Source of the DNA: Eledone cirrhosa
Lineage: Eukaryota
NCBI GenBank assembly: GCA_964016885.1
Contig: OZ024751.1
Coordinates: forward strand, 17,236,001 to 17,300,000
Direction: 5' to 3'
DNA: 64,000 nt
Part shown: piece after piece, positions 26,409 to 37,072 of the stretch
Layout of the letters: the number at the start of each line of letters is the position of its first letter
Numbering within the stretch: position 1 is the first letter of the stretch
The notes under the pieces: generated by a model
Told to the model about the DNA's origin: nothing
Databases searched by the model: none
Seen by the model: only the letters and a program-made list of their open reading frames with translations
Program-made: the position numbers and the translations under genes

Positions 26409-26811
26409 GTGGTTACACAACAGTTAGTTCACCATACCGAGAACAATTGTTTCACCTTAGTGGATCCTCAACTCGTAATGGACATGTTTATACGGAACAG
26501 GTATGGTGAACTAACTGTTGTGTAACCACTTCTACCTAACTCGTCCCATGGACTGGGTGCTCTACCACTACGGATATTACCTTCCAGTGTCCTACCACTA
26601 TATATATATATATATATATATAAATATATATAAACGAGAAATTGATTGACATACATATATATATATATCTAAAATAAACATATGAAACAATCACAGGGAA
26701 TAATTTGTAAAAGTGTGTAAACGCACACAGCTAGGTAGGTAACTAATTAAAGTTTAACTAGAACTTTAAATATAGATAGCTTTTAAAATGATTAATCTTC
26801 CTTGTATCAAT
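26159..26811. repeat. Nested inverted repeats: outer ~190-bp arms (26159-26348 and 26622-26811), inner 35-bp arms (26404-26438 and 26500-26534)
   Basis: The arms read directly as reverse complements and are separated by (TA)n tracts. Confidence 0.92.
26438..26475 (-). ncRNA. Minimal type I hammerhead (C3->U) in the loop of the inner inverted repeat
   Basis: Minus strand: CGAG-TTGAGGA-TCC ACTAA GGT-GAAA-CAATTG-TT-CTCG, with palindromic stem III. Confidence 0.6.
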
Positions 26812-27126
26812 CGATCGATAAATCACCGGTGACTACGACCTGTATACACGACGCTGGTCTGTGTTTTTGCTGTTGTTGTTTATAGATGGTCGTCAACTAA
26901 ATGTATACCCCATTCCCCTCAGAGCACCTTGTGTTCCTTCAACTGTCTACTGGGTTTTGGTTACACACGGTTCTTCATTCCTTTCGTCTTTTTTCAGTGA
27001 TAGCTTTTTCTAACCATTCAAGGAACTCATATGTATGCTGGGCGCACATACATTAGGATGTGTGTTTTCCTGCCAGCGGCATGTCAAATATATCGTGGGC
27101 AAATATATCGGCATGTCATATATATA

Positions 27127-28783
27127 ATGAGGTTCTTTTTACAAAATGAAAAATAACCAAGGTGTCCTACACGAGTGAAAGTATAAGGAAAGAAGATGAA
27201 ATCGAAAATGCAACTGGAGTCTTATTTTTAAAAAAATATATATATTTATTTGGTTCCTTTACCGGTTTCGCAGTTCTTCTGCTTTTCAAAAGTAGAATTG
27301 AGATGGAGGGTCTGTGGTTTTTCTTACATCTGGTTGGTCTTTGATTGTTACTTGTTTTATATGGAAAAAAAAGTGGCTCGAAATGCCAGGTTTTTAGAAA
27401 GGTAATTTGCTTGGTTGGTGAATAAGTATAATAAATTTCGCCGCGCCAGTTCGCGTTACAAAGCTCTTCAAACAAAAGGGGGGGGGGGGGCGCTCAGGTT
27501 ATTTTTTTCATATATGAGTGAAGTTTGTTTGGTTGATGCAGCCACGTGAATAAGTGAATAAGCACATCAGCTTTCGCGCCAGATTGTGTTTGAATTTCTT
27601 TTTACTTAAAAAACGGGGTAGCTCACGAAGGCTCCTCTCTTTAATAAATGTAATTTGATTGGTTATAAATGAAACTATGACTGTAACGTGAACAAGTACA
27701 TTAAATTTCGCGCCCGTATTTGGGAATTTATTTTGCCTTTTAAAGAATTTTGTGCCAAACAAAAGATAATGGACAAGAAATATGGGATGGGGAGAATTGT
27801 TCTGGTTCAGTGAATATGGCTGGTGCGCTGGGTTGTCAGAATTCAGACTTTCTATTGAAATAAAGAAAGTAGAGATATGTAAGTTTATTTGTGTGCTTCC
27901 GCGTGTGTGCGCGTGTGTGTGTAGGAAGATGATTCTATTAGTAGAAATGGGGGAGGGAGTTTTGTCTGTGTGTATGGGTGTTATGTGTGTGTGTATGTGT
28001 GAGTGGGAGTATGGTTAGAATGTTAAGATGGAGAGGTTATATATATATACTGTGTGTGTGTATGTGTTATGTGTGTGTGTATGTGTGTGTGTATGTGTGT
28101 GTGGGAGTATGGTTAGCATGTTAAGATGGAGAGGCATATTTCTTTTTGTGTGTGTGTGTGTGTGTAGAAATGGGGGAGAGAGTTATGTGTGTGTGTGTGC
28201 TGGGGGCGGGGGGCGGTTAGCATGTTAAGGTGTTAGAGTATTAACGTATGTTAAGGTTTATTTAGTTCTGGTTTTTATTTTCTAAAGTAGAAGGTGTTAT
28301 GTGTGTGTATATGTATGTGTCTGTTTGGATGGTTAGCATGTTATGGTGTTGACATAATGTATATTAAACTATATTTAATGCTGGTCTATGTTTTTGAATA
28401 GACATATTTTCCTTATTTATTCGTATTTGTTCTGTTGTATTGTCAACGCAAAATGTGTGTCTTATTACTTGTGCATATGTCTAGATGTGCACTTAGTGGT
28501 ATCTGTCTCATGGTTGGATCTCGTAATTGTTGGCGATGAGCTGTCATCTATTTCTGAGGGTGAGTTTAGTTTGTCCTATATAATCTTCATTGCATCCTTT
28601 ACATTCAATGGCATAAAGTAGATGTTTTGATGAGCAAGTGAAGTGATTTTTTACAGCAACATTTTGTGCTGATTTAAATGTATACGTGTTGCCTTCAATG
28701 AGGTGAGTGCAGGTTGCGCAATTAGAGCGACCACATTTTTTGACAGTTGGTTGTGGGTTTGTAGTAGGTAATTTGGCATTAGT
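27127..28783 (-). mobile_element. 5'-truncated Penelope-like element (Neptune-type): GIY-YIG end plus 3' region (family D)
   Basis: A GIY-YIG remnant is followed on the minus strand by a CA-rich spacer, a decayed hammerhead at 27794-27844 (GAATT-CTGACAA...GAAC...AATTC) and ~770 bp that recurs at 33285-34065. Microsatellite flanks. Confidence 0.75.
28364..28783 (-). pseudogene. GIY-YIG endonuclease of a Penelope-like element, frameshifted
   Basis: Manual translation: TNAKLPTTNPQPTVKKCGRSNCATCTHLIEGNTYTFKSAQNVAVKNHFTCSSKHLLYAIECKGCNEDYIGQTKLTLRNR / MTAHRQQLRDPTMRQIPLSAHLDIC / ...EQIRINKENMSIQKHRPALNIV*. It shows a Cys motif, LLY-YIG, R..HR and E..I...P.LN. Confidence 0.88.
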
Positions 28784-29415
28784 GTGTATGTGTATATATA
28801 TATATATGTGTGTGTGTGTCTGTGTATGTGTGTATGTGTGCGTGTGTGTATGTGTATGTCTATATGTATGTGTGTATATATATGTATATTCTTGTTAAAG
28901 TGGCTTTTTATTCAAATATAAAATAGATTGTGTATACCGTAAGTGTGAATACGTGCGTGTGTAACATTGACGTGTGCTCCCTTACTTTCATGTTTTTCTC
29001 TCCTTTATTGCGAGCAACATATAATATAATTAGAGTTTAATAAATCAAATATAGTATGCTAGAATATACTGCATATCACTTCCAGCGACAGGTGATGTAA
29101 AGCTGGCTTTAATTATTGAAGTCTTTCAGTTTCAATATAATTAAATAGTACAGGATTCCTTTGATATTGTACTTGATATTCTTCATCGTTGTAGAACAGG
29201 ATGCACCATTATATATATATATATATATACATATATATATGTGTGTGTGTGTGTGTGTACGGTAATTATTGATGCACTTCATTTCAAGCACACGACGTAT
29301 ATTTTCCATATAGGAAAAAAGGGTATATTTAGAATAAGAAAATGCGAAGTTTCAGATGTTAACGTTGATAATGCTATGATATACATTTCAATGTCGAAAG
29401 TGGCCACATGATTCC

Positions 29416-29458
<43 letters not shown>

Positions 29459-29589
29459 GGAATAGGCGTTACTTTTTCATTACATTTACTGGGGCATGCC
29501 GCATTTTACCATTGGTCAGCTCAAGGTTCGATTTGTATCGATCAGGTTCGACCCTAGAGATAAAAGCCCATCAGACATCTGTTATCGTA

Positions 29590-29667
<78 letters not shown>

Positions 29668-29668
<1 letters not shown>

Positions 29669-30005
29669 TTCGTTTCTGAATTTAATTAGCAACACTCTTT
29701 ATCTGAAAACGTGTGTTGAAACCGATATTGTTATGCTTTGGGAGGGTCATGTCGCCAATAAGAAACACACGCACCAGTAACTTTCACTCCAATTTATTAT
29801 AAATTAAATTCATAAATTTAAGAATTTATAAATTTCCGGTTGGTTGGTTGGTTGGTTGGTTCCCCAACCGGACGGTTGTTCATATATTGTCAAAGTTCTT
29901 TCGTCACACATTCTGTGACATTTTCAGTAACTGGGGATTCTTTTCTTTGTTTTGTGCCTCTCCTTTGTTCTGTCCTACGCCATCTTGTATATTTCATGAA
30001 CGTAT
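29668..30005 (-). mobile_element. Family A (TA)n-embedded element with a decayed hammerhead at 29888-29932
   Basis: Shares TATTGTTATRCTTTGGGAGGGTCATG...CACACGCAC...(GGTT)n with 32948-33280 and 36861-37008. Minus strand: AGTTA-CTGAAAA-TGTCACA GAATG TGTGAC-GAAA-GAAC-TT-TGAC. Confidence 0.7.
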
Positions 30006-30020
30006 GCAAAGTATATATAT

Positions 30021-30174
30021 ATAGCAATAATAATAAATTTGAAGACTAAAATCCAAAGAGGGCTCGATAAGGATAAATATATATCAGATATATAAGAACC
30101 GTAGAGCAAATATTTATTGAAATAACAGATTAAAGTTTAAGCAAAGTATGGCTGCTTTCACCCTTAACGGGATC

Positions 30175-30178
<4 letters not shown>
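30021..30178 (-). mobile_element. Family B element truncated inside its hammerhead core
   Basis: The minus strand starts right after (TA)n with AGACGA-TCCC GTTAA GGGT-GAAA-GCA...TGC-TT-AAACT. Confidence 0.7.
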
Positions 30179-30208
<30 letters not shown>

Positions 30209-30254
30209 AAAGAGTGAATAATAACATGGTCAACAGTACAAAAAGGGTTTCAAT

Positions 30255-30370
30255 TACAGTATTAACAATTGTTTCATTGGTTAAGTTGTCTTAAAATTGG
30301 TAATCACTTGAAGTTGTGTAACTCAATTTTAAATACCGTGTATGCTTAACCAAATCATCAGAAAAACGTA
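30255..30370 (-). ncRNA. Type I hammerhead with long stem II and eroded stem I
   Basis: Minus strand: CTGATGA, then stem II TTGGTTAAG/CTTAACCAA with inner TTAAAATTG/CAATTTTAA, then GAAA-CAATTG-TT. Stem I pairs only partly. Confidence 0.6.
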
Positions 30371-30680
30371 TTTAAATTATACACAGCGTTTGCAAATTCA
30401 AATTACAACATCATTAATACAGAAAGAAAAAAGAAAAAGAAAAAGAAGAAAATAAGTAAAAAAGTAAACCTTTCATCTTGACTCTTCGTCTTCAGACCGA
30501 TGCCATTCCAATGCGGCGGATGCATTCATTATGAAAAAGACTACCGCTTCATGAGAATCGCACGGAATTGAACCACGAGCTCCTGTTGGTTGCAGTCTGA
30601 GGAAAGGAGTTGCCATATATTTCAGAAAAAGATATATAAACATGAATAAAATATGTATAATTCATGTATGCAAGGTAATT

Positions 30681-31094
30681 ATAGTTACAGAAATATGTTA
30701 CAGAATATAGTTACAGAAATATGTTACAGAATATAGTTACAGAAATATGTTACAGAAATATGTTACAGAATATAGTTACAGAAATATATTACAGAATATA
30801 GTTACAGAAATATGTTACAGAATATAGTTACAGAAATATGTTACAGAATATAGTTACAGAAATATGTTACAGAATATAGTTACAGAAATATGTTACAGAA
30901 ATATGTTACAGAATATAGTTACAGAAATATGTTACAGAATATAGTTACAGAAATATGTTACAGAATATAGTTACAGAAATATGTTACAGAATATAGTTAC
31001 AGAAATATGTTACAGAATATAGTTACAGAAATATGTTACAGAATATAGTTACAGAAATATGTTTATATAGTTACAGAAATATTACAGAAATATG
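30681..31094. repeat. Minisatellite of alternating 13-mers GTTACAGAAATAT and GTTACAGAATATA (26-bp higher-order unit)
   Basis: Direct reading; very homogeneous. Confidence 0.97.
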
Positions 31095-31559
31095 TTTGTC
31101 TCGGGAAGCATGATATTTTTGAGATAACATGTGGAATAGAGTAGTTAATAACAGTATTAACAATACGAAAACGTATAAAGTCAATCACGTTATGTTCATT
31201 TCGGAGGCCTTGCCTTATTTCCCTACGTTCACTAAAATTAAACAAATACGATTTTGAATACAAGCGGATGAAATTGAATCCTCAGAAGTGTCATTGGAGT
31301 AACATGACTAGAAAGCGTGCATAACTCGGTGTTACTTCAGATAGAACTTCGTGGGTAATAGCCGGCATCGAGAAAACCTTGAGGTAGACCACAAGCCTGA
31401 TGTTTGGATAACATCTACAAAAGCTTGGATATGGTCTCGGTTGAGGATACTTCCAGATCATTTGGAGAGGAGTTTCTTTTGATGGGATACTCCTGAAGTT
31501 GTTGTCTGAGGATATTGGCACGACGATCTTATCAGGAATATGTGAGCGAAGAAGAACGA

Positions 31560-32432
31560 AAGATATATAGGACGACGTCCAAGAAGACGGAGATAGCGGC
31601 GAAGACGACAACGACGACGACCAAGACGAAGACGACGACGAAGACAGCGGCGAAGACGACGACGACGAAGACGAAGACGAAGACAGCGGCGAAGACGAAG
31701 ACGAAGACGAAGACCAAGACAGCGGCGAAGACGACGGCGACGAAGACAACGAAGAAGACGAAGACAACGACGACGATTACGAAGACAACGAGGAAGACGA
31801 AGACGAAGACAACGACTACGACGAAGACGACGAGGAAGGCGAAGACAACGACTACGACGAAGACGAAGACAACGAGGAAGACAACGAGGAAGACGAAGAC
31901 AACGACTACGACGAAGACGAAGACAACGACTACGACGAAGACAACGAGGAAGACCAAGACAACGACTACGACGAAGACAACGACTATGACTACGACGAAG
32001 ACAACGACTACGACGAAGACAACGAGGAAGACGAAGACAACGACTACGACGAAGACAACGAGGAAGACGAAGACAACGACTACGACGAAGACAACGACTA
32101 TGACTACGACGAAGACAACGACTATGACTACGACGAAGACAACGACTACGACGAAGACAACGAGGAAGACCAAGGCAACGACTACGACGAAGACAACGAC
32201 TATGACTACGACGAAGACAACGACTACGACGAAGACAACGAGGAAGACCAAGGCAACGACTACGACGAAGACAACGACTATGACTACGACGAAGACAACG
32301 ACTACGACGAAGACAACGAGGAAGACCAAGGCAACGACTACGACGAAGACAACGACTATGACTACGACGAAGACAACGACTACGACCAAGACAACGAGGA
32401 AGACCAAGGCAACGACTACGATAAACGACGAC
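31560..32432. repeat. Compound trinucleotide minisatellite (GAC/GAA/AAC/TAC) with higher-order units
   Basis: Direct reading. Source of the poly-T/K and poly-V ORFs. Confidence 0.95.
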
Positions 32433-32726
32433 ATTTCTGAGAGATAAAACAAAACTAGATAAGCAAGGTAAAACGAAGCACAGAAAACGAGAAAGATGGA
32501 TGTTGTCTTAATTATCTACTCTATATTGATATCAATTATATATGTGATGAGGTTAATTATGTTAGTCTATTTAGATATAAAACTTAGATTTGTAACTACA
32601 TTGGAATATAATCAATATGATTTCTACTGAAAGGATTTATTTGTCCAACATCGTTAATTACACATATTGGCATATTTTCTCTCTCCGTGTAACTGTATGC
32701 ATGAAATTATTATATAAATATAATAA

Positions 32727-32914
32727 GGGCGGTGGATTGGCAGTATCGGTAGAGGGTCGGACGTCATGCTTTCCAGCATAGTTACGTACCTTTACGATCT
32801 GAGTTCAAATCCCACCGAGGTTGACTTTGCCTTTCATCCTTACGGGGTCGATAAAATAAAGTACCAGTAATGCACTGGGTAATCGCTGGCCTTGTGCCTA
32901 AAGTAGAAACAATT
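32727..32914 (+). mobile_element. Full-length Meta-type SINE
   Basis: GGGCGGTGGATTGGCAGTATCGG (A box), GAGTTCAAATCC (B box), core, then the GTAGAAACAATT tail. Confidence 0.92.
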
Positions 32915-32917
32915 ATA

Positions 32918-32947
<30 letters not shown>

Positions 32948-32948
<1 letters not shown>

Positions 32949-33280
32949 AATTCGTTTTTGAATTTGTTTTGCGAGATTTCTTATCTGAAAACGTGTTTTT
33001 GAAACAGATATTGTTATACTTTGGGAGGGTCATGTTGCCTATAAAAACACACGCACATGTCGCTTTTCACTTCAATTCATTATAAATTCCCGGTTGGTTG
33101 GTTGGTTGGTGCGATAACCTAGTCACTGAGGAGGTCACACGAAAGAGCTTTGACTATATATAAACAACCATCCGGATATCAAACCAACCAACCAGCCAAC
33201 CGGAAATTTATAATAAATTGAAATGAAAATGAACAGGTGCGTGTGTTTTTATTGGCAACATGACCCTCCCAAAGTATATA
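32948..33280. mobile_element. Family A element: ~95-bp inverted arms (33017-33110 and 33182-33278) enclosing a hammerhead
   Basis: The arms are reverse complements (TATACTTTGGGAGGGTCATGTTGCC... and ...GGCAACATGACCCTCCCAAAGTATA). TA flanks. Confidence 0.8.
33120..33156 (+). ncRNA. Minimal type I hammerhead (37 nt) with collapsed stem II
   Basis: TAGTCA-CTGAGGA-GGTCACAC-GAAA-GAGC-TT-TGACTA, with a 6-bp stem I. The paralogue at 29888 keeps the full stem II. Confidence 0.65.
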
Positions 33281-33284
33281 TATA

Positions 33285-34065
33285 AGGAAATAAGGTTTTT
33301 TTTTATGAAAAAAAAAGAGATGTCCTACACGAGTGAAAGTATAAGGAAAAAAGATGAAATCGAAAATGCAACTGGAGTGTTTTTAAGAATATTTATTTGT
33401 TTCCTTTACAGGTTTCACAGTTATTATGCTTTTCAAAAGTAGAATTGAGATGGAGGGTTTGTGGTTTTCCTCGCATCTGGTTGGTGTTCGAAGATTACTT
33501 CTGTTTTATGTGGAGAAAAGTGGCTCGAAATACTAGGTTTTTTAGAAAAGCAATTTGGTTGGTTGATGACTGTCATATGAATAAGTATAATAAATTTCAA
33601 GCCAGTTCGCGTTACAAAGTTCTTATTCTATTTGCCTTTAAGAAAGTGGGGCTCAGATTGTTTTTTCGTATATGAGTGAAATTGATTGATGCAGTCACAT
33701 GAATAAGCACATCAACTTTCGCGCCAGTTCGTGTTTGAGTGTTCTTTAGTGTCATTTTCACTTAAAAAAGTGGCTCAAAAATGTTGTTTTTTTTATAAAT
33801 GTAATTTGATTAGTTATGACTGTCTTGTGATTAAGTGCATAAAATTTCGCTCCAGTTCGTATTTGGGGGTTCTTTGTAGCCGTTTTCACATTCTGATGTT
33901 TGTCAGGAAGAGCTTGTTGTCAAACAAAAGATAATGGTCAATAAAAGAGGGATGGAGAGAATTGATCTGGTTCAGTGATTATGGCTGATATGCTGAGTGA
34001 CAAAATTCAGACTTTCTATTGGAATAAAACAAATAGAGATATATATTTTTATTTGTGTGCTGATG
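33285..34065 (-). mobile_element. Family D: second copy of the PLE 3' region
   Basis: Colinear homology with 27127-27900, from GTCCTACACGAGTGAAAGTATAAGG to AATTCAGACTTTCTATTG. Confidence 0.8.
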
Positions 34066-34565
34066 TGTGTGTGTGTACAGACATGTACTTCAATAAGAAG
34101 TCTTTGAACTATATACAAGTATAGATACTTTTATATCCCTGACATTTCAAAGCATCCAGAAGCTGATACTTATATGTATGTTATTCGAATAATGAGATAA
34201 CATTTTCGTGTCTTGTGTAAGCTTAGAAGAGCCCTACCCCTCTCCAGATAGGAACAGTATTAACTTCTTGCAGATGTGGAGCTCAAGAGAATGAGAAAAA
34301 AGAAACAATTAACTCCAATACTCGATTGGTAATTTTCTATCGACTATGTGAAGATTAAAAAGCAAAGTTGACCTTTGCAAGATTTAAAAGGCCATGCTAT
34401 AAACCTATGAAGTTCCCTTCTAGTGAAAATCCGCAGTGCTCTTGTTGGGGAGTAATCTGAAATATACATTCGTTGAACAACCGCTGTGCAGTAAGAAAAA
34501 TTAGCTACGGAAATATTAAAATAGAAGTTTCTAAACTAAAACAAATGCCATCAAAAATTATCTTG

Positions 34566-34781
34566 CTGGTTGTTGGATTAGCTATATCAGAATATCACAG
34601 ACAACACGCCTTATACCATAGTTATGGCCATTTACATTCTGAGTTCAGATTTGGGTGAAATTTGCGTTCACTTTTATCATTAAGGTGTCGATAAAATACA
34701 GTTCTAACTTACTGGCGTCAATTTAAACTACTTTGCCATTCCCTTGAAAATATTGGGCTTGTACCAAAGGTAGAAACCATT
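34566..34781 (+). mobile_element. Old Meta-type SINE
   Basis: Degenerate CATTCTGAGTTCAGAT...GTCGATAAAATAC...GTAGAAACCATT. Confidence 0.65.
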
Positions 34782-35341
34782 AATGACAAATTGTAAAACA
34801 ACTGCAGAAATCTAATAAACATATATACGTAGATGAGGGTCTGTCCCGTACACAAGAGGGTACATTTCGTTCAGACATCGTGACAAATAAAATACTTAGG
34901 AATAGTAATTTCGAAATCTACAGCTTTTCTAATGAGGCGAATTCATCAACCTGTAATTTGAGGCCTACCTGATTATTATGTGATATGTCTTATAGGTGAG
35001 CTCTGATGAAAAATTGGGATTTCTAGCTAAGAAACTGAGCTACTACGGCCGTTTCAAAATGAGATCTATAAGTGAAATAGTAAATATATGAAATCTTTAC
35101 GGTTATCGCTACTTAAATATGGGGCTTTGATTGTTTTTGTGAAGAATTCAAATAAAACAAGCAAACGAATATATCTATATTGTTACTTACTTAGCTAGTT
35201 TATGAGTTAGATTGGTACCTACCTATCCAGTTTCGATAAATGCACACATACACAAATACATAAATACATACTTATATATATATTCATACATGTAACAATA
35301 AGTCTTGAATGTATAAATACATATACATACAAACACAAACA

Positions 35342-35342
<1 letters not shown>

Positions 35343-35427
<85 letters not shown>
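35343..35427. repeat. (CA)n microsatellite
   Basis: Direct reading. Confidence 0.98.
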
Positions 35428-35440
<13 letters not shown>

Positions 35441-35444
35441 CTAT

Positions 35445-35636
35445 CTAAGGCGGGTAAAATTCCCGAGATCCATGGATGAGTTCTCTCCAGCGGTCTCTGT
35501 CCCTCATTATCGCTGCCATATCCTGCATCTCCAACAGACCAGTGTCTGTCCTTAGGGCATCAACATATGTTAACCTTGGTCTTCCTCTTCTAGTGTGTCC
35601 ATGTAGGGGCTCCCAAAGGAGCACTGAGTGCAATGT
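35445..35636 (-). pseudogene. 3' fragment of an RTE-clade LINE ORF
   Basis: SVLLWEPLHGHTRRGRPRLTYVDALRTDTGL...MRDRDRWRELI matches the RTE C-terminal G.R.RGRP..T..D....D....M.DR..WR motif. Microsatellite flanks. Confidence 0.8.
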
Positions 35637-35754
35637 CTATATATATATATATATATTACTATATATATATATATATATATTACTATATTATATATATATA
35701 TATATATCAAATTATATATATATATATATATAATGTCTATATATATATATATAT

Positions 35755-35783
<29 letters not shown>

Positions 35784-35788
<5 letters not shown>

Positions 35789-36492
35789 ATAATAATAAAT
35801 TTGAAGACTAAAATCCAAAGAGGGCTCAATAAGGATAAATATATATCAAATATATAAGAACCGTAGAGCAAATATTTATTAAAATAACAGATTAAAGTTT
35901 AAGCAAAGAATCGCTGCTTTCACCCTTAACGGGATCTTCTGAAACTAACAAAGTCAATCTGTAAATGCAGAAGTGGATATTTCAAAAAACGTTGCAACCG
36001 GAGGAAGACAGGAAGACGATACTTTGGTTCGTGGAAACGTTCCCTGGCAAAGAACGGGAAAAAACGAATATAATACGTCATTAATAGGAGCGGTGAAAAA
36101 CAATTACGCGCAAAGACAGAACCACGTTTATGGTATGAAAGAAGTCGTAGACTAATGTTCTATTAGGTGGTTCATAGAGACGTTCTCTGGCAAATGAACG
36201 AAAAAAACGAAGATAATACGTCATATGTGGAGCGTGGAGAACAATTGCACTCAAAGACAAAACCACGTAAATTGTATAGCTGAAGTCGGAGACTAACATT
36301 CTAGCAAAGAATCGCTGCTTTCACCCTTAACGGGATCTTCAGAAGATCCTGTTAAGGGTGAACGCAGCGATTCTTTGTTTAAACTTTAACCTGTTATTTT
36401 AATAAATAATTGCTCTACGGTTCTTATATATCTGATATATATTTATCTTTATCGAGCCCTTTTTGGATTTTAGTCTTCAAAGTTATTATTAT

Positions 36493-36497
<5 letters not shown>
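35784..36497. mobile_element. Family B composite with ~160-bp inverted terminal copies, a partial third copy and an internal ~143-bp tandem duplication (36037-36303)
   Basis: 35784-35940 is the reverse complement of 36340-36497. 36303-36339 repeats the hammerhead segment. (TA)n on both sides. Confidence 0.85.
35896..35946 (-). ncRNA. Hammerhead-like fold with variant core CAGAAGA
   Basis: Minus strand: AGTTT-CAGAAGA-TCCC GTTAA GGGT-GAAA-GCA GCGATTCTT TGC-TT-AAACT. All three stems pair. Confidence 0.6.
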
Positions 36498-36558
<61 letters not shown>

Positions 36559-36600
36559 ATGAAACATAAGTCAATTGCATGAACTCATAATCCTTTATTT

Positions 36601-36658
36601 ACTGCTATATATATATTTCGATGATACCCATTGAATGGCTATGACCTCGTCAGGCAGT
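36601..36658 (-). ncRNA. Type I hammerhead ribozyme (PLE-type) with intact core
   Basis: Minus strand: ACTGC-CTGACGA-GGTCATAGCCAT TCA ATGGGTATCATC-GAAA-TATATATA-TA-GCAGT. AATAAA follows 1 nt downstream and TATATAA lies ~10 nt upstream. Confidence 0.8.
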
Positions 36659-36860
36659 TAGTCAGACCTTATATATACCAGCTCAGTGTTTATAGCGTTG
36701 ATGGTATCAGAGCCTTGGGACATATGAGCTTGTTAGGAATAATTTAATGTTGTCAGCAGGAATAGTCTTGATTCTCATTGTTCAGTTTGTAGATGGTAGT
36801 AGGGTTGGTATTTGACCTCAAACGATATACATATCTATATATATGTATATATATATATAT

Positions 36861-37002
36861 ATCGTTTCTGAATTTGTTTAGCAAGATTCTTCATCTGAAA
36901 ACGTGTGTTCAAACCGATATTGTTATACTTTGGGAGGGTCATGTTGCCAATAAGAAACTGGTGCGTGTGTTTCTTATTGGCAATATGAGCCTCCCAAAGT
37001 AT

Positions 37003-37008
<6 letters not shown>
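36861..37008. mobile_element. Family A terminal fragment with a 41-bp fold-back hairpin
   Basis: TATTGTTATACTTTGGGAGGGTCATGTTGCCAATAAGAAAC, loop, GTTTCTTATTGGCAATATGAGCCTCCCAAAGTATAACAATA. Confidence 0.8.

Positions 37009-37072
<64 letters not shown>

Noticed and set aside
30681-31094. Possible CRISPR-like array
   Set aside because: The units are contiguous with no unique spacers, the context is eukaryotic and there are no cas genes.
31515-32452. 310-aa Thr/Lys-rich and 306-aa Val-rich ORFs
   Set aside because: They are translations of a trinucleotide minisatellite that is open on both strands, with no unique domain or splice context.
32727-32815. tRNA genes at A-box/B-box motifs
   Set aside because: These are SINE heads with no complete cloverleaf, followed by SINE body.
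34996-35045. CTGATGA...GAAA flanked by AGCT/AGCT
   Set aside because: There is no convincing stem II and no UH cleavage site.
36303-36342. Apparently canonical minus-strand CTGAAGA in family B
   Set aside because: It is probably created by the inversion junction. Other copies read CAGANGA, and stem I is missing here.
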